A DNA stretch of 64,000 nucleotides from Candidatus Omnitrophota bacterium (lineage in GTDB: Bacteria > Omnitrophota > Gorgyraeia > Duberdicusellales > 4484-171). The notes beneath the pieces are model-generated. The model ran no database searches. It worked only from the letters and a program-made list of their open reading frames with translations, and had not been told where the DNA came from. The translations under genes and the position numbers were made by a program. Numbering within the stretch: position 1 is the stretch's first letter; each line of letters opens with the position of its first letter. Location: NCBI GenBank assembly GCA_043820815.1, contig JBDRDJ010000005.1, forward strand, positions 105,517 through 169,516, read 5' to 3'. This document shows positions 9,937 through 20,248 of the stretch, piece by piece.

Positions 9937-10014
9937 GGTTCGACTTCGTCCTTCGACTCGTTTCACTCGCTCAGAACGACTCTGAGCGAAGCGAGAAATG
10001 GCATATAAAAAAAG

Positions 10015-10131
10015 CCCGGCAACTACCTACTCTCCCACAACCTTGCGATTGCAGTACCATCGGCCTCGGAGGACTTAACGGCCGTATTCGGAATGGGAAC
10101 GGGTGTGGCCCCTCCAGTTTGGTCACCGGAC
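10015..10131 (-). rRNA. rrf: 5S ribosomal RNA
   Basis: The reverse complement matches 5S landmarks (CCCGTTCCCATTCCGAAC, GGGAGAGTAGGTAGTTGCC); helix I pairs the two termini. Confidence 0.85.
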
Positions 10132-10602
10132 AATATTTTTATAATAAACCAAATTATCAATTAGAACGGGTGTCATTTCAAGCGAAGTCGAACCATGGCC
10201 CCTCCAGTATAGACACCGGGATTTTTTCTTTTTTCTTGGTTCGTATTTCGCAGGGGATAAAACCCAGAACGAAACACGAACCAAGAAAAAAGTGGTTGGA
10301 TATCAAGCCTATTGGCTTATTAGTAGTGCTCGGCTAAACATATTACTATGCGTACACCTGCACCCTATCAGGTGGTAGTCTCCCACCAGCCTTCATCCCG
10401 GGCGAACCCGGAAAGGGATTCTTAGTTTCGGGGTTAGCTTCCCGCTTAGATGCATTCAGCGGTTATCCGAAAGGAACATAGCTACCCAGCCTTTACTCCT
10501 GGCGGAATAACTGGTACACCAGAGGTTCCTCTGTCCCGGTCCTCTCGTACTAGGGACAGCTCCCCTTCAAGAATCCTAACACCCACAGTGGATAGAGACC
10601 GA

Positions 10603-11362
10603 CAGTTTTGTTACTCTTATCCGATTTTCATTGGATAAAGGGCTAATCATTTCTGTTAGCCTCTGCACGTCGCCGTGCAGCTCGGACTGTATCTTCCTTT
10701 GACATCTTTGATGTCAAAGGTCCGGCGTACAGTCTCTGAGGGTTACAAAGAAGCAATTAGTTCCTTAAGAGACAACTTTCTATATTTGCCTCTACTATTC
10801 ATAGAAAAAGCGATCTTAAGGATTTGTATTAATCCATCTTTGGCGAGGTGATTTTTCTCAAACATCATATTCACTACTTTCTTAAATTTAAGAAAATCTT
10901 GATGCTTACAAATCAACGGATAGCTATGGAAAAAAGGTATCACTCTATCTCTTAAGTTTTTTAAATCCCTCACCACAAAAACCCATGTCAAATCATAAGG
11001 ATTTTTACTGTGATTTGGCTTTAAATAACCACAGTCAAGAGTTACCTTAATAAATTCCAATACTTGTGTGCGATTGCCATGCTGTGAAACATGAAATTCA
11101 GGAATAATCTGAATACCTAATCGCACGTTCTTGCTTCGTTGGATTGTGATAGAAAAACTACCTTCACCATCTACAAATCCCGCAATATAATCGCCAGTTT
11201 GCCTCTTTGTCCTTCCCTGCTGATTGTCTGCACCCATATATTGTCACTCCTAACTAATGTTAATCAATATATTTTACACTATAGAGACTAAATAGTCAAA
11301 TAGTAATATGGGATACCCAGATTTTCCAGCATATAGCCAGATTTAAAGACAGCAAATCTCTT
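10603..11362 (-). mobile_element. Group I intron in 23S rRNA domain V (inserted after ...GTGAGACAGT, before TCGGTC)
   Basis: Exon 1 ends GAGACAGU and the intron contains GCUGUC nearby, giving P1 with the U.G wobble. The intron ends in G. R-like (TCAGAGACTG) and S-like (AAGATACAGTCC) core elements lie in the 3' part. The exons rejoin to the conserved ...GAGACAGTTCGGTC. Confidence 0.8.
10743..11237 (-). CDS. Intron-encoded LAGLIDADG homing endonuclease (single-motif, I-CreI-like size, 164 aa)
   Basis: The motif YIAGFVDGEGSF near the N-terminus is the LAGLIDADG signature; the ORF lies wholly inside the group I intron. Confidence 0.85.
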   Translation of the reverse strand: MGADNQQGRTKRQTGDYIAGFVDGEGSFSITIQRSKNVRLGIQIIPEFHVSQHGNRTQVLEFIKVTLDCGYLKPNHSKNPYDLTWVFVVRDLKNLRDRVIPFFHSYPLICKHQDFLKFKKVVNMMFEKNHLAKDGLIQILKIAFSMNSRGKYRKLSLKELIASL

Positions 11363-11502
11363 ACTGTCTCACGACGTTCTGAACCCAGCTCACGTACCCT
11401 TTTAACCGACGAACAGTCGGACCCTTGGGACCTTCTCCAGCCCCAGGATAGGATGAGCCGACATCGAGGTGCCAAACCGCGCCGTCGATGTGAACTCTCG
11501 GG

Positions 11503-11552
<50 letters not shown>

Positions 11553-12015
11553 GCTCCCACGCGCAACCACCGGATCATTAGGCCCTGCTTTCGCATCTGC
11601 TTGGCTTGTCAGCCTCGCAGTCAAGCACCCTTGTGCCCTTACACTCACCGTCCGATTTCCAAACGGACTGAGGGTACCTTTGGGCCCCTCCGTTACTCTT
11701 TAGGAGGGAACTGCCCCAGTTAAACTGCCCAACTGGCACGGTTCTCTGCACAACACAGAGTTAGAATCTTAACATAATAAGGGTGGTATTTCACCGGTGG
11801 CTCCTCCCGACCTAGCGGCCGAAACTCAAAGCCTCCCACCTATGCTACACATATTAGGCCAAAATTCAATACCAGCCTACAGTAAAGGTTCCGGGGTCTT
11901 TTCGTCCTACTGCGGGTAGACGGCATCTGAACCGCCACTACAATTTCGCCGAGAGCCTCGCTGAGACAGTGTTCCCATGGTTTTACCTTTCGTGCGGGTC
12001 GGAAATTACCCGACT

Positions 12016-12056
<41 letters not shown>

Positions 12057-13457
12057 ATTCACCAGGGCTTCGGTTCAAAGCTTCTTCTGACGAATCAGAA
12101 TAACCTTTTCCCTTAACCTTCCGGCATTGGGCAGGTCTCAGTCCCTATACATCCTCTTGCGAGTTAGCAGGGACATGTGTTTTTGCTAAACAGTCCCAGG
12201 AACCATTTCTCTGCGCCCATGACATAAATGTCAAGGGACCCCTTCTCGCGAACTTACGGGGTTATTTTGCCGAGTTCCTTAGCGAGGTTTATCTCGAGCG
12301 CCTTACCATACTATGGCAGCCTACCTGTGTCGGATTCCGGTACGGTCACCTATAGACAACTTAAGAAACTGTTTCTTGGCACTCAATCCTGATGGGTTCG
12401 CCCGCGCCGTAGCTTGGACTCCTGCCGGTCCCTTACGGAACCGAAAACGGACACATCCAACAGTCCGACCATCGCATCTTGTGCGTCATCTCTTAAGTTA
12501 ACGCCTATAGGTGGGGGGTGAACTATTAACACCCTTACCCATCGCCTACTCCCGTTAAACCGGGATTTGACTTAGGGACCGCCTAACCTCCGTTTGACGA
12601 ACATTGACGGAGAAACCTTAGGCTTTCGGCGCACCGATTTTTCATCGGTGTTTTCGCTACTCATTCCAGGATACTCACTTCTATGCGCTCCAGCTTGATT
12701 TACATCAAACCTTCAGTGCGCGTAGAACGCTCCCCTACCCCTTCCGATTATTCATCGGAAAGCCGCGGTTTCGGTAACAGGCTTGAGCCCCGATCATTTT
12801 CGGCGCAAAATCACTCGATCGGTGAGCTATTACGCACTCTTTAAATGATGGCTGCCTCTAAGCCAACATCCCGACTGTCTTAGCAACTTCACATCCTTTA
12901 ACACTTAGCCTGTGTTTTGGGACCTTAACCGGCGGTCTGGGCTGTTTCCCTTTCGACTATGGAGCTTAGCCCCCACAGTCTCACTCCTCGGGTAAGAACA
13001 GTAAAGATTCGGAGTTAGGTTGGGTTTGGTATGGACTCTGTCCACCCTAGCCCATCCTGTGCTCTACCCTCTACGTCCAATCCCGAAGGCTGACCCTAAA
13101 GTCATTTCGGGGAGAACCAGCTATCACCAATCTTGATTAGCCTTTCACTCCAACCCACAGCTCATCCGAGCCTTTTTCAACAGACACCAGTTCGGGCCTC
13201 TATCCCGCTTTCGCGGGACTTCACCCTGGCCATGGGTAGATCGACTGGCTTCGGGTCTATTTCCTACCACTAAAACGCCCTGTTAGGACTCGGTTTCCCT
13301 ACGCCTGCCCCTTATTAGTTACAATAAGGGTTAAACTCGTGATAAAAAATAACTCCCTGGACCATTATGCAAAAGGTACGCCGTCGCCACGCCATTGCTG
13401 ACGGGCTTCGACCGCTTTGTAAACTTATGGTTTCAGATTCTATTTCACTCCCCTCAC

Positions 13458-13494
<37 letters not shown>

Positions 13495-14070
13495 ACTATC
13501 GGTCTGATGCGAGTATTTAGCCTTGCCCCGTGGTCAGGGCGAATTCCCACAAAGTTTCTCGTGCTCCGTGGTACTTGGGAATACATGCCAGAGAGTTTTT
13601 TCCATTTTGCTTACAGGACTATCACCCTCTATGGTGCCGCTTTCCAGCAGCTTCTGCTATAGAAAAAATTTTTGACTCTCCGAGAGCACTGCCGCGCTCT
13701 CCACTTGTACCCCGTAACTCTCAAAAAGCAACACCGGCAGGCTTATAAACTTTTTGAGTTTGGGCTGTTCCCTTTTCGCTCGCCGCTACTGGGGGAATAC
13801 TGTACGGTTTCTCTTCCTCCGGCTACTGAGATGTTTCACTTCACCGGGTTAGTCCCCTTGATATTGTCATACCAAGGGTTTCCAGGCATTACCCTGGAAG
13901 GGTTACCCCATTCGGGAATCTGCGGATCAAAGAAAGCTTGCCTCTCCCCGCAGCTTATCGCAGCTTGCCACGCCCTTCATCACCTGCATCAACCAAGCCA
14001 TCCTCCATAAGCTCTTAGTAGCTTGATACCCAACCAAATTTTCAAAGACCAAATTTATTTTTTTCCTCAA

Positions 14071-14143
14071 TGGACCTGAGGAGACTTGAACTCCTGACCC
14101 CCTGCGTGCAAAGCAGGTGCTCTCCCAGCTGAGCTACAGGCCC
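14071..14143 (-). tRNA. tRNA-Ala (anticodon UGC) with a G3:U70 identity pair; CCA not encoded
   Basis: The reverse complement is GGGCCTGTAGCTCAGCTGGGAGAGC...CTTTGCACG...GGTTCAAGTCTCC...CAGGTCCA; located in the 16S-23S spacer. Confidence 0.9.
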
Positions 14144-14153
14144 TAATAGCTAA

Positions 14154-14226
14154 TGGGCTCAGGTGGGATTGAACCACCGACCCCCGCGTTATCAGCACGG
14201 TGCTCTTCCAACTGAGCTATGAGCCC
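14154..14226 (-). tRNA. tRNA-Ile (anticodon GAU); CCA not encoded
   Basis: The reverse complement is GGGCTCATAGCTCAGTTGGAAGAGC...CTGATAACG...GGTTCAATCCCACCTGAGCCCA; in the spacer. Confidence 0.9.
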
Positions 14227-14306
14227 ACTTTAACATTGGAACAGCTTCCCAGCACTGACCCTGAACAAGCCCAAGCTCTGTTTATGTGAATGGGCGCGTC
14301 GAAGGG

Positions 14307-14341
14307 TCAGCACGGTGCTCTTCCAACTGAGCTATGAACCC
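14307..14341 (-). pseudogene. Duplicated 5' half of tRNA-Ile (35 nt, 34/35 identical; ends inside the anticodon loop after CUGA)
   Basis: GGGTTCATAGCTCAGTTGGAAGAGCACCGTGCTGA on the minus strand, 80 nt upstream (in transcript sense) of the intact tRNA-Ile. Confidence 0.7.
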
Positions 14342-14576
14342 AGAACCACGGAATCGCGGAAAAAAACGGAAATACTTGAAATAATTACTTCTAAGTATTT
14401 CCGTTTTTCCACATTTTTCTGTGGTTCCGTGATATAAAGACAAAAGCCTTTGAAGGGGTGTCCTTCATGTATTTTTTTACCTCGTTCCTTCGAGGTCATT
14501 TTCTAGCCGCAGAAAGAAAGTTAAGATTTCTCGCTTTCGCTCGAAATCATTTCCTTTATCTACGATAAAGAAAATG

Positions 14577-16165
<1,589 letters not shown>

Positions 16166-16349
16166 CAAAGGCTATTTTTCCATAATTAGAAAGAGCAAAA
16201 AAATATAAACCTCCCTTACAGAATAAGGGGGTTTCCTTATCTTGCCAACTAACATTAAGATGTTAACTAATTCGCTATCTTAGGTAAGCAGGTTTTGATT
16301 TAGATATAGTTTTCCCACTCCGAATAGTCAAACTTACTTTTAAAATGAG

Positions 16350-16385
16350 CATATAATATATACTATTAATGAATGTTTTTGTCAA
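16350..16385 (-). promoter_or_regulatory. Sigma70-type promoter for the rRNA operon (TTGACA, 17 nt, TATATA)
   Basis: Minus-strand TTGACAaaaacattcattaatagTATATA about 185 nt upstream of the 16S 5' end. Confidence 0.5.
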
Positions 16386-16413
16386 GATATTTTTTTAAAA
16401 ACTTTTATGCTAT

Positions 16414-17160
16414 TTATTTAAAAAGAAATATGCTGACTATCGAAATAAAAAAACAGTAGTACCCGAACATGTAAAAGCGTTGATTTTCCATTAATTTTCT
16501 TAGGATTGCCAAAGCAGATATCCCGGTAATAAGCGCGGCAAAGAAACCAGCGAAAAGCCCGCTAAAAGCGATATTTGGCGGTTTAAAAATTTCACTTGAT
16601 TTAAGAATAAACGCTCCCGCGGTTGCCGGTATTGCCATAAGAAACGAAACGAAAAAAGCATCCTTGGGCCTTAAACCCCGCAGCAGCAGGCCAGAAATAG
16701 TAATGCCTGAACGCGAAAGCCCGGGCAAAACAGATAAGCCCTGAAGAACCCCTAAAAAAATAGAGTCCTTAAAGCAAAGTTTAAGGCTGTCTCTTTTTAT
16801 GGATAATTTCTTTGTAGAAAGAACGAGCGCACCTGTCACACCAAGGCATATTGGGACAAGCAGCCTGCTTTCAAAAAACGGCTCTATGAATTTATCAATA
16901 CAAAGGCCTATCACTGCTGTAATAAAAGTAATTATTGCGATATGTAAAATAAAGTTTTTATCTTTTAGGGCAAGGGGAAGTTTCTTTCTTAAAAAAATAA
17001 AGATGGCAAGAAGAGTTGCGATGTGCAGAAAAATAAAAAAATAAAGATAATCCCCTTTGGCACCGAATAGCTTCTTTAATAAATAAAGATGTCCCGAGCT
17101 TGAAACCGGAAAAAATTCCGTAACGCCTTGAATAAAACCGTATAAAAAGAAATCTGACAT
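16414..17160 (-). CDS. uppP: Undecaprenyl-diphosphatase
   Basis: 248-aa polytopic protein with BacA/UppP motifs (GFIQGVTEFFPVSSSGH, SRSGITISG). Confidence 0.9.
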   Translation of the reverse strand: MSDFFLYGFIQGVTEFFPVSSSGHLYLLKKLFGAKGDYLYFFIFLHIATLLAIFIFLRKKLPLALKDKNFILHIAIITFITAVIGLCIDKFIEPFFESRLLVPICLGVTGALVLSTKKLSIKRDSLKLCFKDSIFLGVLQGLSVLPGLSRSGITISGLLLRGLRPKDAFFVSFLMAIPATAGAFILKSSEIFKPPNIAFSGLFAGFFAALITGISALAILRKLMENQRFYMFGYYCFFISIVSIFLFK

Positions 17161-17172
17161 GTCAGGGTATTT

Positions 17173-17451
17173 TTATCTTTTGAAGAGCAGGGAGAGGAAA
17201 AATAAAATAGCGATGATACAACAAAAGGCGATTATATACTCCCACGAACCTGCTTTAGAAGAAACCGCCGGCTTAGTCGGTTTTTCAGTTTGGCTCGGAA
17301 TAGGAGCCTGCGGCTGATCCATAATCTGGCTCAGAAGCTTACGGCACAGGTCACAAACACAGAGGTGCTCCTCTACGCTCTTAACCTCGCCGTCAACGGC
17401 CCTGTGATTAATATAACGGGGTATTATTTCCTTTATCTCTTGACACTGCAT
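17173..17451 (-). CDS. Putative membrane-anchored anti-sigma factor (zf-HC2 zinc-finger type)
   Basis: The H-x3-C-x2-C motif (EEHLCVCDLC) follows a conserved N-terminal helix; single C-terminal TM helix; its start overlaps the rpsU stop (TAATG). Confidence 0.45.
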   Translation of the reverse strand: MQCQEIKEIIPRYINHRAVDGEVKSVEEHLCVCDLCRKLLSQIMDQPQAPIPSQTEKPTKPAVSSKAGSWEYIIAFCCIIAILFFLSLLFKR

Positions 17452-17612
17452 TACCGCTTTTTCTTGTTCTTCTCCCTGCGTTTCTGGGAAGGCTTTGTAT
17501 AATACTGGCGGTCTTTACAACGTTTTAGAATTCCTTCTTTCTTGCATTGCGCTTTAAATTTCCGTAAAGCTCTTTCAAAATCCTCTTTTTTTTCTATTCT
17601 GACTTCTGCCAT
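17451..17612 (-). CDS. rpsU: 30S ribosomal protein S21
   Basis: A 53-aa ORF, too short for the ORF track: MAEVRIEKKEDFERALRKFKAQCKKEGILKRCKDRQYYTKPSQKRREKNKKKR. It matches S21 (FKR.C.K.G.....RRR.YEKP...R). Strong RBS GGAGGAGAAATG. Confidence 0.8.
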   Translation of the reverse strand: MAEVRIEKKEDFERALRKFKAQCKKEGILKRCKDRQYYTKPSQKRREKNKKKR

Positions 17613-17804
17613 TTCTCCTCCTAATTTTTTTTATTTTTGCAGATTGCATTATATCATGTTTGGATGATTGCACAAGAATAATTTCCCACACAGAAAAGGT
17701 AATAAATTTCGGGATGGTTTAAAAAATGGGTTTTTTTGAAAGAGTTATAAAGGGTAATTATAAAGGCTTAAATAATTTCGGAAAATTAGGTGTGCCCCTT
17801 TTTG

Positions 17805-18206
17805 CTAATCAGGGGTACAGCAGAGGTAAGACGGGCTGCAACCCATGGGAACTCCTCCATTATTCCACCATTGGCTGGTTGACTGAGCACAGCCGGATCC
17901 TGAAGGATGATGGAAAGATGCCAAACTACTGAAGGTATCTTTGCATTCCCCTGTATATCCTAAATACTTCTTTTGAACAAAATTGAGCGGACAAAAATCG
18001 TATTCCGGCAAAGCAGCCTTATTCACACAAGGCTGGGATGCTACGCCATTATTAGTGCCGCAGTGATAGACAAAACAAAAACCCGAAGCTGTGCCGCCTT
18101 GTTGACTTTCATCACTCAAACCTTTTGAACCCAAAACAAAAAATATTGCAATAAAGAATATTGCAAAAACACTGCCGATAAACAAACGTGAAATTTTTCT
18201 TCTCAT
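17805..18206 (-). CDS. Small secreted Cys-rich protein: stand-alone copy of the C-terminal Cys-rich module of the paralog family
   Basis: Signal peptide/TM, then FCFVYHCG...PCVNKAALPEYDFCP...YLGYTGEC...HPSGSGC...YLCC; this aligns with the C-termini of the proteins at 18299-21148. RBS AAAGGAGG. Confidence 0.65.
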   Translation of the reverse strand: MRRKISRLFIGSVFAIFFIAIFFVLGSKGLSDESQQGGTASGFCFVYHCGTNNGVASQPCVNKAALPEYDFCPLNFVQKKYLGYTGECKDTFSSLASFHHPSGSGCAQSTSQWWNNGGVPMGCSPSYLCCTPD

Positions 18207-18298
18207 TACAGCCTCCTTTTATCCATTCGCCAGAAGACCACGCGCATGCGCGCGGGACTCCATTTACAGCCAAACTTTAATAAACTTAAAAAATACGA
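18207..18298. promoter_or_regulatory. Intergenic region with a GC-rich palindrome CCCGCGCGCATGCGCGTGG upstream of the 17805-18206 gene
   Basis: A perfect 12-bp palindrome CGCGCATGCGCG in an otherwise AT-rich spacer, about 20 nt upstream of the RBS. Confidence 0.3.
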
Positions 18299-19258
18299 TT
18301 ATTTTATACAAATATAAACACGGTCTCCGGGATAATATGTGAAACCGGCAAGACAGTTTCCCCCGGGCGGCGTATAATGAAAATCAGAGCCTTTTTGGCA
18401 GAGGCCCCAAGTACCAAGATAAACCCTCTGTTTATATTCACCGGGACAAAAATCCTCTGCCGGAAATACCGCTTTATTAACACAAGCAGGCGCATATGAA
18501 CCGCCGCAGTAATAAGTAAAATATATTCCTTCTTCTCCTATGGCCGCCACCCATTTTTTCTCATCACCGTCATAAACCTTAAGCATATAGTAATCCGGCG
18601 GGGATATAATTGCCGGTTTCCCTGCTAAAATATTTGCAGGGCAATCCCCATTATCATCAACCGGCACAATTACCATATCACCTGTTTCTGGATTCTGAGG
18701 ATAAATTGCCGTACAATGATCGGGACTCAAAAGTTGATTTAAAATGGGGAGCGGCTGAATACGGATACCATCAGAAGTCTTAATATGGAGTGTTCTTTGA
18801 GGGCCTCCTTCTGAAATATCAAGGCCAATACCTACTCTTCCCTTATCGCTCACGGATAAAATATCCATGTCACTTCCGGCATTACGCACTCTTAAAGCAT
18901 ACGTATCTGCATTATTGCCGCTGTTCTCACCCCTTATATCAAAACGAGCCAATTGAGCCGGGTCGGTTCCCGCAGACACACCAACAGCAACCTGGCCGCT
19001 AACTGTAAGGCCTCCCGGTATTAGGTCTCCGGCCTGGGCATGATTGGCAGGATATGTCGGCCTCTGGATTTCACCAATACTTTGGCTTTCAACAACAACG
19101 AGATCTTGATATGAACCATAGGGTATAGGGTAATAAGTAGTTAAGGTAATTTCTTTATATCCCTTGGATTTTACCTGGCTTAAAACCGGAAAAATTATTA
19201 ATGCGTTAACAGCTAAGAGTAAAACCGCAACAATAACAAAAATTTTCTTTTTCATCAT
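18299..19258 (-). CDS. Secreted paralog family protein P1 (N-terminal ITLTTYYPIPYG motif, Gly-rich GIG repeats, C-terminal Cys-rich module)
   Basis: Signal peptide; KEITLTTYYPIPYGSYQDL; GRVGIGLD...RTLHI; C-terminus YFTYYCGGSYAPACVNKAVFPAEDFCPGEYKQRVYLGTWGLC...PPGGNC...YICIK. Confidence 0.7.
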   Translation of the reverse strand: MMKKKIFVIVAVLLLAVNALIIFPVLSQVKSKGYKEITLTTYYPIPYGSYQDLVVVESQSIGEIQRPTYPANHAQAGDLIPGGLTVSGQVAVGVSAGTDPAQLARFDIRGENSGNNADTYALRVRNAGSDMDILSVSDKGRVGIGLDISEGGPQRTLHIKTSDGIRIQPLPILNQLLSPDHCTAIYPQNPETGDMVIVPVDDNGDCPANILAGKPAIISPPDYYMLKVYDGDEKKWVAAIGEEGIYFTYYCGGSYAPACVNKAVFPAEDFCPGEYKQRVYLGTWGLCQKGSDFHYTPPGGNCLAGFTYYPGDRVYICIK

Positions 19259-19279
19259 AACTGCCTTGGTTAAATTATT

Positions 19280-20248
19280 TTACTTCTTCTCAATGATGTA
19301 GCCGCCGGGAACACACAGATAAGCTTCTCCGATATTTTCTAAACCCATGTGTTTTCGGCAGCCTCCGCCGGGAGGACGATAAAAATAATCCTTAACAACA
19401 AAGCTACCCTCCTTATGGCAATAGCCCCAATTGCCAAGAGGCATTACTTGTTTAAAACCAACAGGGCAATACTTTTGAGGCTCACCTGCATCAATACAAA
19501 GACGTCCGCCTTGACCGCCGCAATAGTATGTAAAGGCATACCCTTTGCTTCCGGCCTTAGGAGTCATCCATACAGCCGGCTTCTCTAAGTTTGGATCAGC
19601 GTCTGGAACCGATTCCTGATATAGCCACTTAAGCTTATTTTTATCGCTTTTATCAATTAAGATATCGCCGGGCTTGCCGTCAGGCTTATTGCCTACAAGG
19701 GGAAATACATTAACATCGCTTAGGTCTGAATGTTCAATCCTCATGCCGTTATCACCAAAAATATCAAGCCGCCTTCTAGGCTGTTCATTAAACACATTAA
19801 CGCCAAATCCAATCATAGAGTTATTTCCAACTGCCAAAGCATATTTACCGCTGTTACTGCTATCGCGCACACCAAATACATATTCACCGGCTGAATCATT
19901 TTGCCTGGACACATGAACAGTTGTAACAGGCCTATCCACGCCAACGCCTACTCTTCCCGAAACAGCTAAAAGGCCTCCGTTATTAGGCATAACAATTGGA
20001 ACAACCGCAGGCAAATCATCCCTGTCAACAACACCGTCATCATTAACATCGCCAATAACCTGCCTGGTAACATACAAATCTTTATAAACTCCGTAAGGAG
20101 CAGGATAAAATGTTGTTAATGTAATATTTTCGCTCTGATTTTGAGTAAATCCGGGCAAACTTATAATAGAAATAAAACACAAAATATAAATTATTCTTCT
20201 CACAAAATAGCTCCTAAAATAAAAATATTTGTTATCAAAATTCTCCAC
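19280..20248 (-). CDS. Secreted paralog family protein P2 (ITLTTFYPAPYG motif, dockerin-like DVNDDGVVDRDD loop, Cys-rich C-terminus)
   Basis: Signal peptide; NITLTTFYPAPYGVYKDL; GDVNDDGVVDRDD; C-terminus FTYYCGGQGGRLC...YCP...LGNWGYC...PPGGGC...YLC. Confidence 0.7.
   Translation of the reverse strand: MENFDNKYFYFRSYFVRRIIYILCFISIISLPGFTQNQSENITLTTFYPAPYGVYKDLYVTRQVIGDVNDDGVVDRDDLPAVVPIVMPNNGGLLAVSGRVGVGVDRPVTTVHVSRQNDSAGEYVFGVRDSSNSGKYALAVGNNSMIGFGVNVFNEQPRRRLDIFGDNGMRIEHSDLSDVNVFPLVGNKPDGKPGDILIDKSDKNKLKWLYQESVPDADPNLEKPAVWMTPKAGSKGYAFTYYCGGQGGRLCIDAGEPQKYCPVGFKQVMPLGNWGYCHKEGSFVVKDYFYRPPGGGCRKHMGLENIGEAYLCVPGGYIIEKK

Noticed and set aside
17726-17932. 68-aa plus-strand ORF
   Set aside because: Overlaps the start of the minus-strand Cys-rich gene and lies in its promoter region; no RBS, low-complexity sequence.
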